DNA from: Deltaproteobacteria bacterium
Lineage (GTDB): Bacteria > Desulfobacterota > Desulfobacteria > Desulfobacterales > Desulfosalsimonadaceae
DNA: 28,119 nucleotides
NCBI GenBank assembly: GCA_024280875.1
Contig: JAJRPH010000087.1
Coordinates: forward strand, 1 to 28,119
Direction of reading: 5' to 3'
The notes under the pieces are model-generated. The model searched no databases. It was not told where the DNA came from and worked only from the letters and a program-made list of their open reading frames with translations. The translations under genes were made by a program, and so were the position numbers. Positions 18,741 to 27,603 of the stretch are shown here, piece by piece (the first letter of the stretch is position 1; each line of letters begins with the position of its first letter).

Positions 18741-18815
18741 TGGTTGCTCTCCAGGGTTGGTTAGGCAATATGCTTCTTGAATTAGAAAAGGAATAAGTTT
18801 TTTATTTTGCTATAT

Positions 18816-18845
18816 ATTATAGGGTATAAAAAAAAAATATGTCAA
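18816..18845 (-). promoter_or_regulatory. Perfect-consensus sigma70 promoter of the FHA gene with a T10 tract in the spacer
   Basis: Minus strand TTGACA (18845-18840)-N18-TATAAT (18821-18816). The spacer contains a 10-nt homopolymer (18828-18837). Confidence 0.75.
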
Positions 18846-18997
18846 GTTTTATCCTGTGTTCGCCCCTTTATCCGTCATGAATCACTGCTTATAAATATGA
18901 TTGATGTTTCACCCATGATGCGATAAGATAACAGATTCATGATGATAAAAATTCTGTTGGATAAAATCAAAAATCGGATCAGCCTCAGGTACGGAAT

Positions 18998-19837
18998 ATG
19001 AATCATTTAAAATATGGTTTCAGCACAAATGTGGGTAATGTCCGCTCTCATAACGAAGACTATTTTCGTACCGAGCCTGAATTGGGACTTTGGGTTGTTG
19101 CAGACGGTATGGGAGGGCATAAAGGCGGTGAAACTGCATCCGCCATTGCCGCCGACTTTATTGTTGATAAAACCAAAGCGGGAAAACCTTTAGAGACATC
19201 GATTGCACAGGCGCATCACGCCATTAAACAGGCAAGCAAGGAAGGTAAAGGACCTGAAGGGATGGGAACAACCGTTGTGGCCCTTAAAATAAATGATAAC
19301 GACTATGAGATTGCGTGGGTGGGTGACTGTAGGGCATATCTATGGGACGGCATTACGCTGAAACAGATGACAAAAGACCATTCTTACGTCCAGCACCTTG
19401 TAGATACCGGTGTAATATCCGTCAGCGAAGCAGCCAACCATCCATATCAGGATGTTCTTATTCAGGCACTGGGGGCCGCTGATATCAAAGATGTGAATGT
19501 GGAAACAATTCACAATGAATTTCATCAGAATGAACAGATCCTGTTGTGCAGTGATGGACTTACCAAGGAGATAACTGATAAGGGCATTGCCGATGCACTG
19601 GCCCTTGAATTAAAAGAGCAGGAAAAAGTGGATCTGCTGATCCGGACTGCCGTAAATAATGGCGGAAAGGATAATATCACCGCCATACTGGTTTCCGCAG
19701 ATGATGATGCCCCTGTCAGAATGCTGATTGGCGACACAGTACCCATTAATACACAAGAATCAATGCCAACCGGTTTAGCTGAGAAACTGATTTCCTGGCT
19801 GAAACGGACATTTAAGGTATTTTTATCAACCAAATAA
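18998..19837 (+). CDS. PP2C/PPM-family Ser/Thr phosphatase (Stp1/PrpC-like)
   Basis: 'RSHNED', 'VADGMGGH', 'MGTT', 'WVGDCRAY', 'TKDHS', 'LCSDGL', 'GGKDNIT'. Confidence 0.96.
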   Translation: MNHLKYGFSTNVGNVRSHNEDYFRTEPELGLWVVADGMGGHKGGETASAIAADFIVDKTKAGKPLETSIAQAHHAIKQASKEGKGPEGMGTTVVALKINDNDYEIAWVGDCRAYLWDGITLKQMTKDHSYVQHLVDTGVISVSEAANHPYQDVLIQALGAADIKDVNVETIHNEFHQNEQILLCSDGLTKEITDKGIADALALELKEQEKVDLLIRTAVNNGGKDNITAILVSADDDAPVRMLIGDTVPINTQESMPTGLAEKLISWLKRTFKVFLSTK

Positions 19838-19858
19838 AAATGATCCGATACAAATTTT

Positions 19859-22800
19859 ATGATTGAGATTCCCAATTACGAAATCGGAAAACTGGCCGGC
19901 CGCGGCGGTGTTGCTGAAGTATATCTTGCAAGACACAAATTACTGGATCGAACGGTTGCCATAAAAGTCATTTTCCCCACCCAGGCGGACGACCAGGCGG
20001 ACAAACGATTTTTAAAAGAAGCAAAAGTGGTTGCCGGGCTCCGTCACCCGAATATTGTATCCATTTATGATGTCGGTGTTTATGAAAATAAATATTACAT
20101 CATCATGGAATATCTGGAAGGAGGCGACCTCAAACAAAACGTTCAGCGGACCCTCGCAATTCCTCAAACGCTTAAAATCATACGCCAAATCACCTCTGCG
20201 CTGGGCCATGCCCATGATAAAGGCTTTGTTCATCGCGATATCAAATCCCAAAATATCATGTTTCGCGCCGACGGCACGGCTGTTCTCACAGATTTCGGTA
20301 TTGTCAAAGACCTGACAGCAGATTCAGGCTACACGCTTGACGGAACCAGCATCGGCACTCCGCACTATATGAGTCCTGAGCAGGCTCAGGGAACGGAAGT
20401 TGACTGGCGGACGGATATCTATAGCCTGGGCGTCACTTTTTATGAAATGCTCACGGGGTCAGTCCCCTATAATGCAGATTCCGCTATTGCCGTCGCTCTT
20501 AAGCACATTAAAGATCCTGTGCCCCAGTTACCGGAACAATTTGCCAGCTTTCAACCGCTCATCGATAAATTAATGGCTAAAAATCCCGATGACCGATTCC
20601 AGTCTGCCCAAGACCTGCTTCGTGCCATCAGCGAACTTGATGGCGAAGGTCTTCCGAACGAGACCGTCGTGATGAAGCACAAATCTTTACAAAAGGTGAA
20701 CCTTTCCAATATTCTTTTCGGTGTGTTAGTTGGCTGTCTCATCGGCGGACTCATGTTCCTGAGCCAGCCGTACTTCTCCCGTTTCATTGACCGACAAAAC
20801 ATTACCGAGACGCAGACTGCAAAGGGTCCACACGTTAAATCGGCGACCCAGAATCCGAAAAGACCTTTTCTGGATGCAATCAAAAAGAATTGGACGACTT
20901 CTGTCGACTCGAAAGAGTTAACTGACTTAATCGTAAAAAAAGATTATTCAGAAGCGCTCACTTACATTTCACAAATCCGGAAAGAGATGCCGGCGACATC
21001 CAACGAAATGATACAAAAAGCGGATCGGTTTATTGAATCAAAGCAGAATATGAATGCCGGAGATATTTATAACACGGTTTTGTCTGTTGACCCGCAGAAC
21101 ACATCGGCACTTATGGGACTGCTTTATGTGGCCATCGAAAAACAGCAGGCAATGGCGACAAATCAGAGCCCATCGATTGCGGAATATGACGCCTTACTGG
21201 CATTATTAAACAAAGCGATCAATAACACCGATTCCCAATATTTCAAACAATTGAAAATCGAGTCCGTGGAGTCTGTTTATGAATTCGCCCGCCATCAATT
21301 GGAACAGCAGCGTTTTCAACAGGCCGGCATATGGGTGAAAACAGGATTAAAAAATGCACCGGATCATTTGCGGCTGAAAAAACTCGGTTATCTCATCCAG
21401 GCCCAAATCAGTATTAATGAAAACCGCCTGACTTTGCCGGATCAGGATAATGCGCTGGCCTATTACCGGAAGGTTCTACAGATAGATCCGGATGATCAGG
21501 CCGCCAGGCAGGGAATCTCCCGCATTAGCGACAAGTACAAAACCATGGCATTAGACGCCCAGAAAAAAAACAAATACAACGAGGCGGTCCAGCTGATCGC
21601 AAAAGCCCGATCGATTGTCCAAAACGACCCGGGTTTACAGATAACCGAGTGGCTTATCTTAGGGGATATGTATGCTTCAATGGGACAGTTCAATACGCCT
21701 GAAAATAAAAATGCCCGGCATTTTTATCAAAAAATTCTGGCACAATCTCCTCAAAACAAGCAGGGAATCTTGCGGATCGCCAAACTTAAAATGCTCATTC
21801 CTCTTTATCAGGTCCGACAGACAGATACGATTTCTGAAAAAATGCCTGCCTACAAAACACTCCTTTCAGAGTTGGATTCCGCCATTACCGAACATGGCCC
21901 GGAGAATATGGCAGATTTAACGCATCAGGTGACTGACCAGATAAAAGAAGACATGCAAGCCCAAAAGAAACGGAAGCAGACCATTCCGGCAGAATTCATG
22001 ACGCTGGTATCCAGTCATTTCCCTGACGAGAATGAAATTTTTAATACACAGTATGAAATATTGATTGCAAAAGGTGCTGAAAGTACTTCGAAAATGGAAA
22101 AAACGGAGTATTACTTAAAGGCACTGAAACTAAACCCGGTCCCTTTACCGGCAAAAGAAAAAATTGAAAAGATTGCAAACGATCTGGACAACCAGGGAAA
22201 AACAAATGACGCCCAGGCTGTATTGAAACAGGCCATGGATATCGCTCCGAAACATGCACCGTTTAATGAGATGTTTCAAACGAACCGGAAAATTCAGGAT
22301 ACAAAAGCGGAAATCTTCACCTTGCTGTTAAAAATCAAACGGATCCATACATTATCGGAAAAAGTTGAGCTTTATCACGCGGTATTTTCAAAGCTGAAAT
22401 CCTCTACCAAGCGGTTTGGCCAAAAAAAAATAAAGAATTTGAAAAATGATGTAACCGACCAGATTAAAACCGATATTAAAGCCAGAAAAAACAGCCGACA
22501 AACAATCCCGGTAAAATTCATGACGCTGGTTGAAAATGATTTTCCCGAAATGAATGCGTATGTGGTCAATGCCCAATATGAAATATTGATTGGAAATGGC
22601 GATAAAAGCGCCTCAAAAAAGGAAAAAGCGGAGTATTACCTGAACGCTTTGAAATTAGATAAAAAACGGGTGAAAGCAAAAAACAGCATTATTTTGCTTG
22701 CGAAAAATCTGGACAAAAATAAACACAATGAAGAGGCGGTGGCTGTTTTACAAAAGGCGACGGCTGTTTCACCAAATGATTTGATATTTCGTCAATTATC

Positions 22801-23137
22801 TGACAAAATCAAACATATGGTTGAAGTATTTGCCACAATTTCCGGATGTGCGAAAGAGAACAGGATTACTAAGGTACCGGTTTCCATTGAGAATCTGAAT
22901 CTTTGCATTCATTACCGGAATCTGGACCCTGACAGCGTAGTCAATATTGTCTTAACTCAAAAAAACGGCCAGGCCATGGAAATCCCCGTGGTCTTAGATG
23001 AGAGTTCCGGCAGTAAACCAATGGACATCGTCGCCCCGATCGAAGGATTCGCGCTGGGCGAATACTCGATTTCAATCAGACAAGACGAAAAAATATTATC
23101 AGAAGCACTGATACAATTTATACCCAAACGGAGGTAA
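19859..23137 (+). CDS. Membrane Hanks-type Ser/Thr kinase with a large TPR-like extracytoplasmic region
   Basis: GRGGVAEVY, VAIK, HRDIKSQN, DFG, GTPHYMSPE. TM helix near 20700-20775. Helical repeats after it. Confidence 0.95.
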   Translation: MIEIPNYEIGKLAGRGGVAEVYLARHKLLDRTVAIKVIFPTQADDQADKRFLKEAKVVAGLRHPNIVSIYDVGVYENKYYIIMEYLEGGDLKQNVQRTLAIPQTLKIIRQITSALGHAHDKGFVHRDIKSQNIMFRADGTAVLTDFGIVKDLTADSGYTLDGTSIGTPHYMSPEQAQGTEVDWRTDIYSLGVTFYEMLTGSVPYNADSAIAVALKHIKDPVPQLPEQFASFQPLIDKLMAKNPDDRFQSAQDLLRAISELDGEGLPNETVVMKHKSLQKVNLSNILFGVLVGCLIGGLMFLSQPYFSRFIDRQNITETQTAKGPHVKSATQNPKRPFLDAIKKNWTTSVDSKELTDLIVKKDYSEALTYISQIRKEMPATSNEMIQKADRFIESKQNMNAGDIYNTVLSVDPQNTSALMGLLYVAIEKQQAMATNQSPSIAEYDALLALLNKAINNTDSQYFKQLKIESVESVYEFARHQLEQQRFQQAGIWVKTGLKNAPDHLRLKKLGYLIQAQISINENRLTLPDQDNALAYYRKVLQIDPDDQAARQGISRISDKYKTMALDAQKKNKYNEAVQLIAKARSIVQNDPGLQITEWLILGDMYASMGQFNTPENKNARHFYQKILAQSPQNKQGILRIAKLKMLIPLYQVRQTDTISEKMPAYKTLLSELDSAITEHGPENMADLTHQVTDQIKEDMQAQKKRKQTIPAEFMTLVSSHFPDENEIFNTQYEILIAKGAESTSKMEKTEYYLKALKLNPVPLPAKEKIEKIANDLDNQGKTNDAQAVLKQAMDIAPKHAPFNEMFQTNRKIQDTKAEIFTLLLKIKRIHTLSEKVELYHAVFSKLKSSTKRFGQKKIKNLKNDVTDQIKTDIKARKNSRQTIPVKFMTLVENDFPEMNAYVVNAQYEILIGNGDKSASKKEKAEYYLNALKLDKKRVKAKNSIILLAKNLDKNKHNEEAVAVLQKATAVSPNDLIFRQLSDKIKHMVEVFATISGCAKENRITKVPVSIENLNLCIHYRNLDPDSVVNIVLTQKNGQAMEIPVVLDESSGSKPMDIVAPIEGFALGEYSISIRQDEKILSEALIQFIPKRR

Positions 23138-23142
23138 ATTTT

Positions 23143-23973
23143 ATGCGATGGATATTTCTGTTTATTCTGGTTGCCATGACAACCATCGGATGCGCTGCGA
23201 ATTGTCAAAAAGTTCAACAGCAGTTGGATGCATGCCAGGCAAAACTGACGGATAATGATTTTGTCATCAAAAAACAGGAATCGACAATCCGGCAGAAGAA
23301 TCAGGATATCGCCGAACAAAAAGAGGCCATTGAAAAGATGGGCATCGATATTGCCGAGTTAAACAGGCGGTTAAATATCAGTTACAATGAAAAAGGACGA
23401 TATGATGAACGCATCAAAAACATTGCGTCCTCAGTCCGGGAATACATCAAACAGCAAATGCGGGACAATCGCAACTTCCTAACCGGAATCGCCTTGGAAG
23501 ACTTTATCGGCAATGAATTAATCGAAAGAGCCCATTCCGGTGATGAGAAAATGCTTATTATTGACATGGCCCACCCCATTCCCAGCGGCGGACAGATAAA
23601 CGGAATCAGCGGATATTTTACAGTTTCAGCCAACATTACCATTAAATTACTCCGCCCGGTGGGCAATGACTATATAGTAATCTACGACAAGCAGATACGG
23701 GTTGATGCAGATGAACCCGGTAAAAAATATATCGATTTTGGCAGCCCGTTTATTGCAAAAAAAGGCGATGTGATTGCCTTCTATTTTCCCGGCCCCGTCA
23801 ATGTACCATATGACAGCGATATCGGCACTAATACATATTCAAAGATGAAATCGGATAAATACGCACACGGGGACCGGATCGCAGCTGAAGATATTTGGCA
23901 AAGCGACCAGGTCAAAAGAAAGTATTCTTTAAATTACTATGGCATTTTTTATACAAGGGTTGATTCAGAATAA
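23143..23973 (+). CDS. Putative lipoprotein: coiled coil plus beta-rich C-terminal domain, function unknown
   Basis: Signal peptide ending TIG-C (lipobox-like), heptad-rich segment, GGAGG RBS overlapping the kinase 3' end. Confidence 0.75.
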   Translation: MRWIFLFILVAMTTIGCAANCQKVQQQLDACQAKLTDNDFVIKKQESTIRQKNQDIAEQKEAIEKMGIDIAELNRRLNISYNEKGRYDERIKNIASSVREYIKQQMRDNRNFLTGIALEDFIGNELIERAHSGDEKMLIIDMAHPIPSGGQINGISGYFTVSANITIKLLRPVGNDYIVIYDKQIRVDADEPGKKYIDFGSPFIAKKGDVIAFYFPGPVNVPYDSDIGTNTYSKMKSDKYAHGDRIAAEDIWQSDQVKRKYSLNYYGIFYTRVDSE

Positions 23974-24014
23974 GGAATAATCAAAACTGCTGATTATTTA
24001 ATGAAAATAGAGAC

Positions 24015-24908
24015 ATGGCCCAGCAAACAAAACATTTAACAATATTATTTGCTGATATTTCAAAAAGTTCTGTTATTTATGAACGATTGGGAGATCAGGC
24101 AGCGCAGGAGATTGTCGGAACGATACTGAATCGTCTGACTGATTTAACGGTTAAATTTGAAGGAAAAGTAATTAAGACTGTTGGCGATGCGATTATCTCT
24201 ACTTTTCCTTCAACCGACGATTCAATTGAAGCTGCCAAATCCATGCAACTTGCAATGTCAGACGACTGTACCCCTCTCCAGATCAACATACACATCGGGA
24301 TTCATCATGGCCCGGTTGTTATTGATAATGAAGATATTTTTGGCGATGCGGTCAATGTAGCCTCACGGGTAGTTGATTATGCCAATCCGCGACAAATTGT
24401 CGCCACCCGGGCTGCGGTTAAAAATCTGCCGGAGGACTCCAGCCATTTTACAAAATACATCACCAAAATAACAGCCAAAAATATTTCCGGTGAACTGGAA
24501 CTGTTTGAAATTATCTATGAAGACCAGAACACGACAATGGTGATCGACTGCCGGGAACTCTCAAAAGCCATTCGTTCCAGCCTGTATCTGATGAGGGGCG
24601 ACCACCTCATTGTTGTGGATGTCCAAAAACCTGTGGTCTCCATCGGCCGTGAGGATTTTAATGACATTACCATTCAATATTCATGGATTTCCAGGACCCA
24701 CGCATATATTGAAAACCAAAATGGCGTGTTCATGATAAAGGACAAAAGCACCAACGGGACTTTTATATATCCGCAAGATGCCGATCCCATATACGTAAAT
24801 AAAGGGGAACACCCGCTGTCCGGAAAAGGGCTGATTATTTTTGGCCGGGAAAAAGAACACAAGATGACCAGTGTCCTAACGGACACGATTGAATACAACA
24901 TCAAATAA
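24015..24908 (+). CDS. Class III adenylate cyclase fused to a C-terminal FHA domain
   Basis: 'LFADIS', 'KTVGDA', 'IGIHHG', 'DIFGDAVNVASR' cyclase motifs. 'IGR', 'ISRTH', 'STNGTFI' FHA motifs. Confidence 0.92.
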   Translation: MAQQTKHLTILFADISKSSVIYERLGDQAAQEIVGTILNRLTDLTVKFEGKVIKTVGDAIISTFPSTDDSIEAAKSMQLAMSDDCTPLQINIHIGIHHGPVVIDNEDIFGDAVNVASRVVDYANPRQIVATRAAVKNLPEDSSHFTKYITKITAKNISGELELFEIIYEDQNTTMVIDCRELSKAIRSSLYLMRGDHLIVVDVQKPVVSIGREDFNDITIQYSWISRTHAYIENQNGVFMIKDKSTNGTFIYPQDADPIYVNKGEHPLSGKGLIIFGREKEHKMTSVLTDTIEYNIK

Positions 24909-24931
24909 CATCAGAACGGGAGGAGGCCACG

Positions 24932-25165
24932 ATGATGGAAAAAAAATTTAAACAGGTCTGTGAATGTGAAAATTGCGGAAACGAAGCAGAAATGACCATC
25001 ACCTGCACACTCATACCGGAAGAAGATGAATCTACTCCAAAAGCAAAGACTGTAGCGCCTTCGGATCATAATCATAAAAAAATTAAAGGACACGCAGTAT
25101 GCAGTCAGTGCGGCGGAGAAGCAGATATATGGATTGATGATATTGAAAACCTTCAGGAAATCTGA
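24932..25165 (+). CDS. Small Cys-rich protein with two CxxCGxEA repeats (possible zinc or iron ribbon)
   Basis: CENCGNEAEMTI and CSQCGGEADIWI. Strong GGAGGAGG RBS. Confidence 0.8.
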   Translation: MMEKKFKQVCECENCGNEAEMTITCTLIPEEDESTPKAKTVAPSDHNHKKIKGHAVCSQCGGEADIWIDDIENLQEI

Positions 25166-25298
25166 TCCACCCATTCGCTGTGTTATAAGTGCTTCGCAGT
25201 AACAGACTACAACATCACTCCTTTTTAAAATATAATCTGACTTTCATTATACCGAAATTTCCGACACCTGTTAATCCACTTCGTGAAAGGAAATAAAT

Positions 25299-26477
25299 AT
25301 GGAAGATTCCAAAAAGATCATCAACACCGGCTTAAGGGGTGTCACCGTTGCCAGTACCCGAATCAGCCATGTGGATGGCGAGGCAGGAAAGCTGATTTAC
25401 CGGGGATATCCGATCTTTGACTTGTCTGATAAAACCAGCTACGAAGAAATCGTACACCTGCTGTTGCATGAATCCCTGCCTGATGAACAACAACTCATCG
25501 CAATAAATGACAGACTGGTCGCCAATCGTACGATTCCTGAAAGCCTGATTGCTGCTTTAAAAACCCAGCCTGACAATGCATTACCCATGGATATCCTGCA
25601 AACAGCAATCCCTATGCTGGCCAACAATGATCCCAATGCAGCGGAGGTGACCATTGAAAATGCGCAGCGCATTGCCGAAAGCCTGATTGCCAAAATCGCC
25701 ACGATTGCAGCTGCCTGGCACCGCATCCGGAACCATTTGGAACCGGTGCCCCCGGACCCCGGGTTGGACCATGCGGCAAATTTTCTATATATGATGAACG
25801 GTAAAAAAGCCGAAGATGTCACCGCCCGTTTTTTTAACGTCTGCCTGGTACTTCATGCCGAGCATTCATTTAACGCATCCACCTTTTCGGCACGGCAGAT
25901 TGCCTCCACCCGGGCGCACATGTATGCCTCAGTCGCCGGGGCAGTCGGCTCCCTTTCCGGAGAACTGCATGGCGGTGCCAACACCCGTGTTATGCAGATG
26001 CTTGAAAAAATTAATTCCATTAATGCTATTGACGATTACATCACAAACGTTCTGGATACCGGCGGTAAACTCATGGGACTGGGCCATGCGGTATATAAAA
26101 CCGGCGATCCCAGGGCTCGGATACTGGCCCCCATGTCCAGACAACTCGGAGAAATTACCGGCAATCCCAAATGGTATGACATGTCCGTCACTTTGGAAGA
26201 AAAGGGGAAAAAGGCATTTAAAAAAAAGAAAGGGATTGATATTTATCCGAATGTCGATTTTTACAGTGCGTCCCTGTATCATTACATGGGTATTCCCGCA
26301 GATCTATTCACGCCGGTCTTTGCTATTTCAAGGATTGCCGGGTGGACTGCCCATGTGATTGAAGAACAGTTTGGGGGTGCGGATGCCAAACCGGTGCTTT
26401 ACCGGCCTGCTTCCGACTATATCGGCGAATACTGCGGCCCGGAGGAATGTGCGTTTGTTCCATTAGACGATCGTTAA
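25299..26477 (+). CDS. gltA: Citrate synthase (short Si-type; a 2-methylcitrate synthase cannot be excluded)
   Basis: 'GLRGV', 'LIYRGY', 'HAEHSFNASTF', 'LHGGAN', 'MGLGHAVYK...DPRA', 'PNVDFYS'. Confidence 0.9.
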   Translation: MEDSKKIINTGLRGVTVASTRISHVDGEAGKLIYRGYPIFDLSDKTSYEEIVHLLLHESLPDEQQLIAINDRLVANRTIPESLIAALKTQPDNALPMDILQTAIPMLANNDPNAAEVTIENAQRIAESLIAKIATIAAAWHRIRNHLEPVPPDPGLDHAANFLYMMNGKKAEDVTARFFNVCLVLHAEHSFNASTFSARQIASTRAHMYASVAGAVGSLSGELHGGANTRVMQMLEKINSINAIDDYITNVLDTGGKLMGLGHAVYKTGDPRARILAPMSRQLGEITGNPKWYDMSVTLEEKGKKAFKKKKGIDIYPNVDFYSASLYHYMGIPADLFTPVFAISRIAGWTAHVIEEQFGGADAKPVLYRPASDYIGEYCGPEECAFVPLDDR

Positions 26478-26498
26478 ATAAAGCAGGAGCGGTTTATT

Positions 26499-27593
26499 AT
26501 GAGCCAGACAATAACACTGATTCCCGGCGACGGCATCGGGCCGGAAATCGCGGAAGTGGTTAAAACATGTGTGGCCGCACTGGGTATCGACATCGACTGG
26601 GACATTCAGCACGCCGGCGGCGCGATGATTGAAAAAGAAAACACCCCCCTGCCCGATCGGGTACTGGATTCCATCCGGCAAAACCGGATCGCCCTGAAAG
26701 GTCCTGTTGAAACACCTGTGGGCAGAGGATTCAGGAGTGTCAATGTAAAGCTCCGGCAGGATCTGGATCTGTATGCCTGCGTCAGACCATGCAAATATTA
26801 CGAAGGCATTCAAAGCCGCATCACGAACCCGGAATCCATTGACCTGATTATTGTCAGGGAAAATACGGAAGACCTGTATGCCGGCATCGAATTCATGGAC
26901 AGCTGCGGCGAAGAAGCGCCGTTTTTAAAATTTTTAAAAGAGCAGAAAGGAATCGAACTGGGCTGTGACACCGGTATCAGCATCAAGCCCATTTCCATTT
27001 CCGGCTCCGAAAGAATCGTCACTTTTGCATTTGAATACGCCAAGAAACATGGCCGTAAAAAAGTGACCGCCATTGACAAAGCCAATATCATGAAATTCAG
27101 TGACGGTCTCTTTATGCGGGCCGCCGAAGCAGTCAGCCAAAAATACCCGGCCTTCATCTACGAGCATAAACTGGTGGATAACATGTGCATGCAGCTCGTC
27201 CAGTACCCTGAAAAATATGATGTACTGGTGCTACCCAATCTTTACGGCGACATCATATCCGATCTGGCTGCCGGTATTATCGGTGGCCTGGGAGTCGCGC
27301 CGGGCGCTAATATAGGTAATGACTATGCCGTGTTTGAAGCCACCCACGGCAGCGCCCCGGACATTGCCGGCCAGAACAAGGTCAACCCCACAGGCATCCT
27401 GCTGTCAACCGTGCTAATGCTAAAATACATGGGTCTGTCCGATGCCTCAGGCCACATGGAGCAGGCCATCGCAGCCGTTATCCGGGAAGGAAAACGAGTC
27501 ACCGCTGATTTGAAGAAAGCCGATTCACCGCATCCGCCGGTGGGAACCCGGGAAATGGGAGATGCCATTGTAGAAAAAATAAATTCTTTATGA
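26499..27593 (+). CDS. icd: Isocitrate dehydrogenase, probably NAD-dependent
   Basis: 'PGDGIGPE', 'FRSVNVKLR' (SxNxxxR isocitrate signature), 'RENTED', 'KANIMK', 'PNLYGDI', 'HGSAPDIAG'. Confidence 0.88.
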   Translation: MSQTITLIPGDGIGPEIAEVVKTCVAALGIDIDWDIQHAGGAMIEKENTPLPDRVLDSIRQNRIALKGPVETPVGRGFRSVNVKLRQDLDLYACVRPCKYYEGIQSRITNPESIDLIIVRENTEDLYAGIEFMDSCGEEAPFLKFLKEQKGIELGCDTGISIKPISISGSERIVTFAFEYAKKHGRKKVTAIDKANIMKFSDGLFMRAAEAVSQKYPAFIYEHKLVDNMCMQLVQYPEKYDVLVLPNLYGDIISDLAAGIIGGLGVAPGANIGNDYAVFEATHGSAPDIAGQNKVNPTGILLSTVLMLKYMGLSDASGHMEQAIAAVIREGKRVTADLKKADSPHPPVGTREMGDAIVEKINSL

Positions 27594-27603
27594 ATAATAC
27601 GGA

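Noticed and set aside
18186-24908. Type VI secretion locus
   Set aside because: Regulator-like genes only; no tss, hcp or vgrG genes in the window.
25181-25204. TGTTA-N14-TAACA inverted repeat upstream of gltA
   Set aside because: Only 5-bp arms, no match to a regulator I can name, no U tract.
25816-26358. 180-aa alternative-frame ORF in gltA, and other long antisense ORFs (11737-12324, 14096-14578, 14966-15544)
   Set aside because: Typical frame shadows of well-supported genes, with no motifs or RBS.
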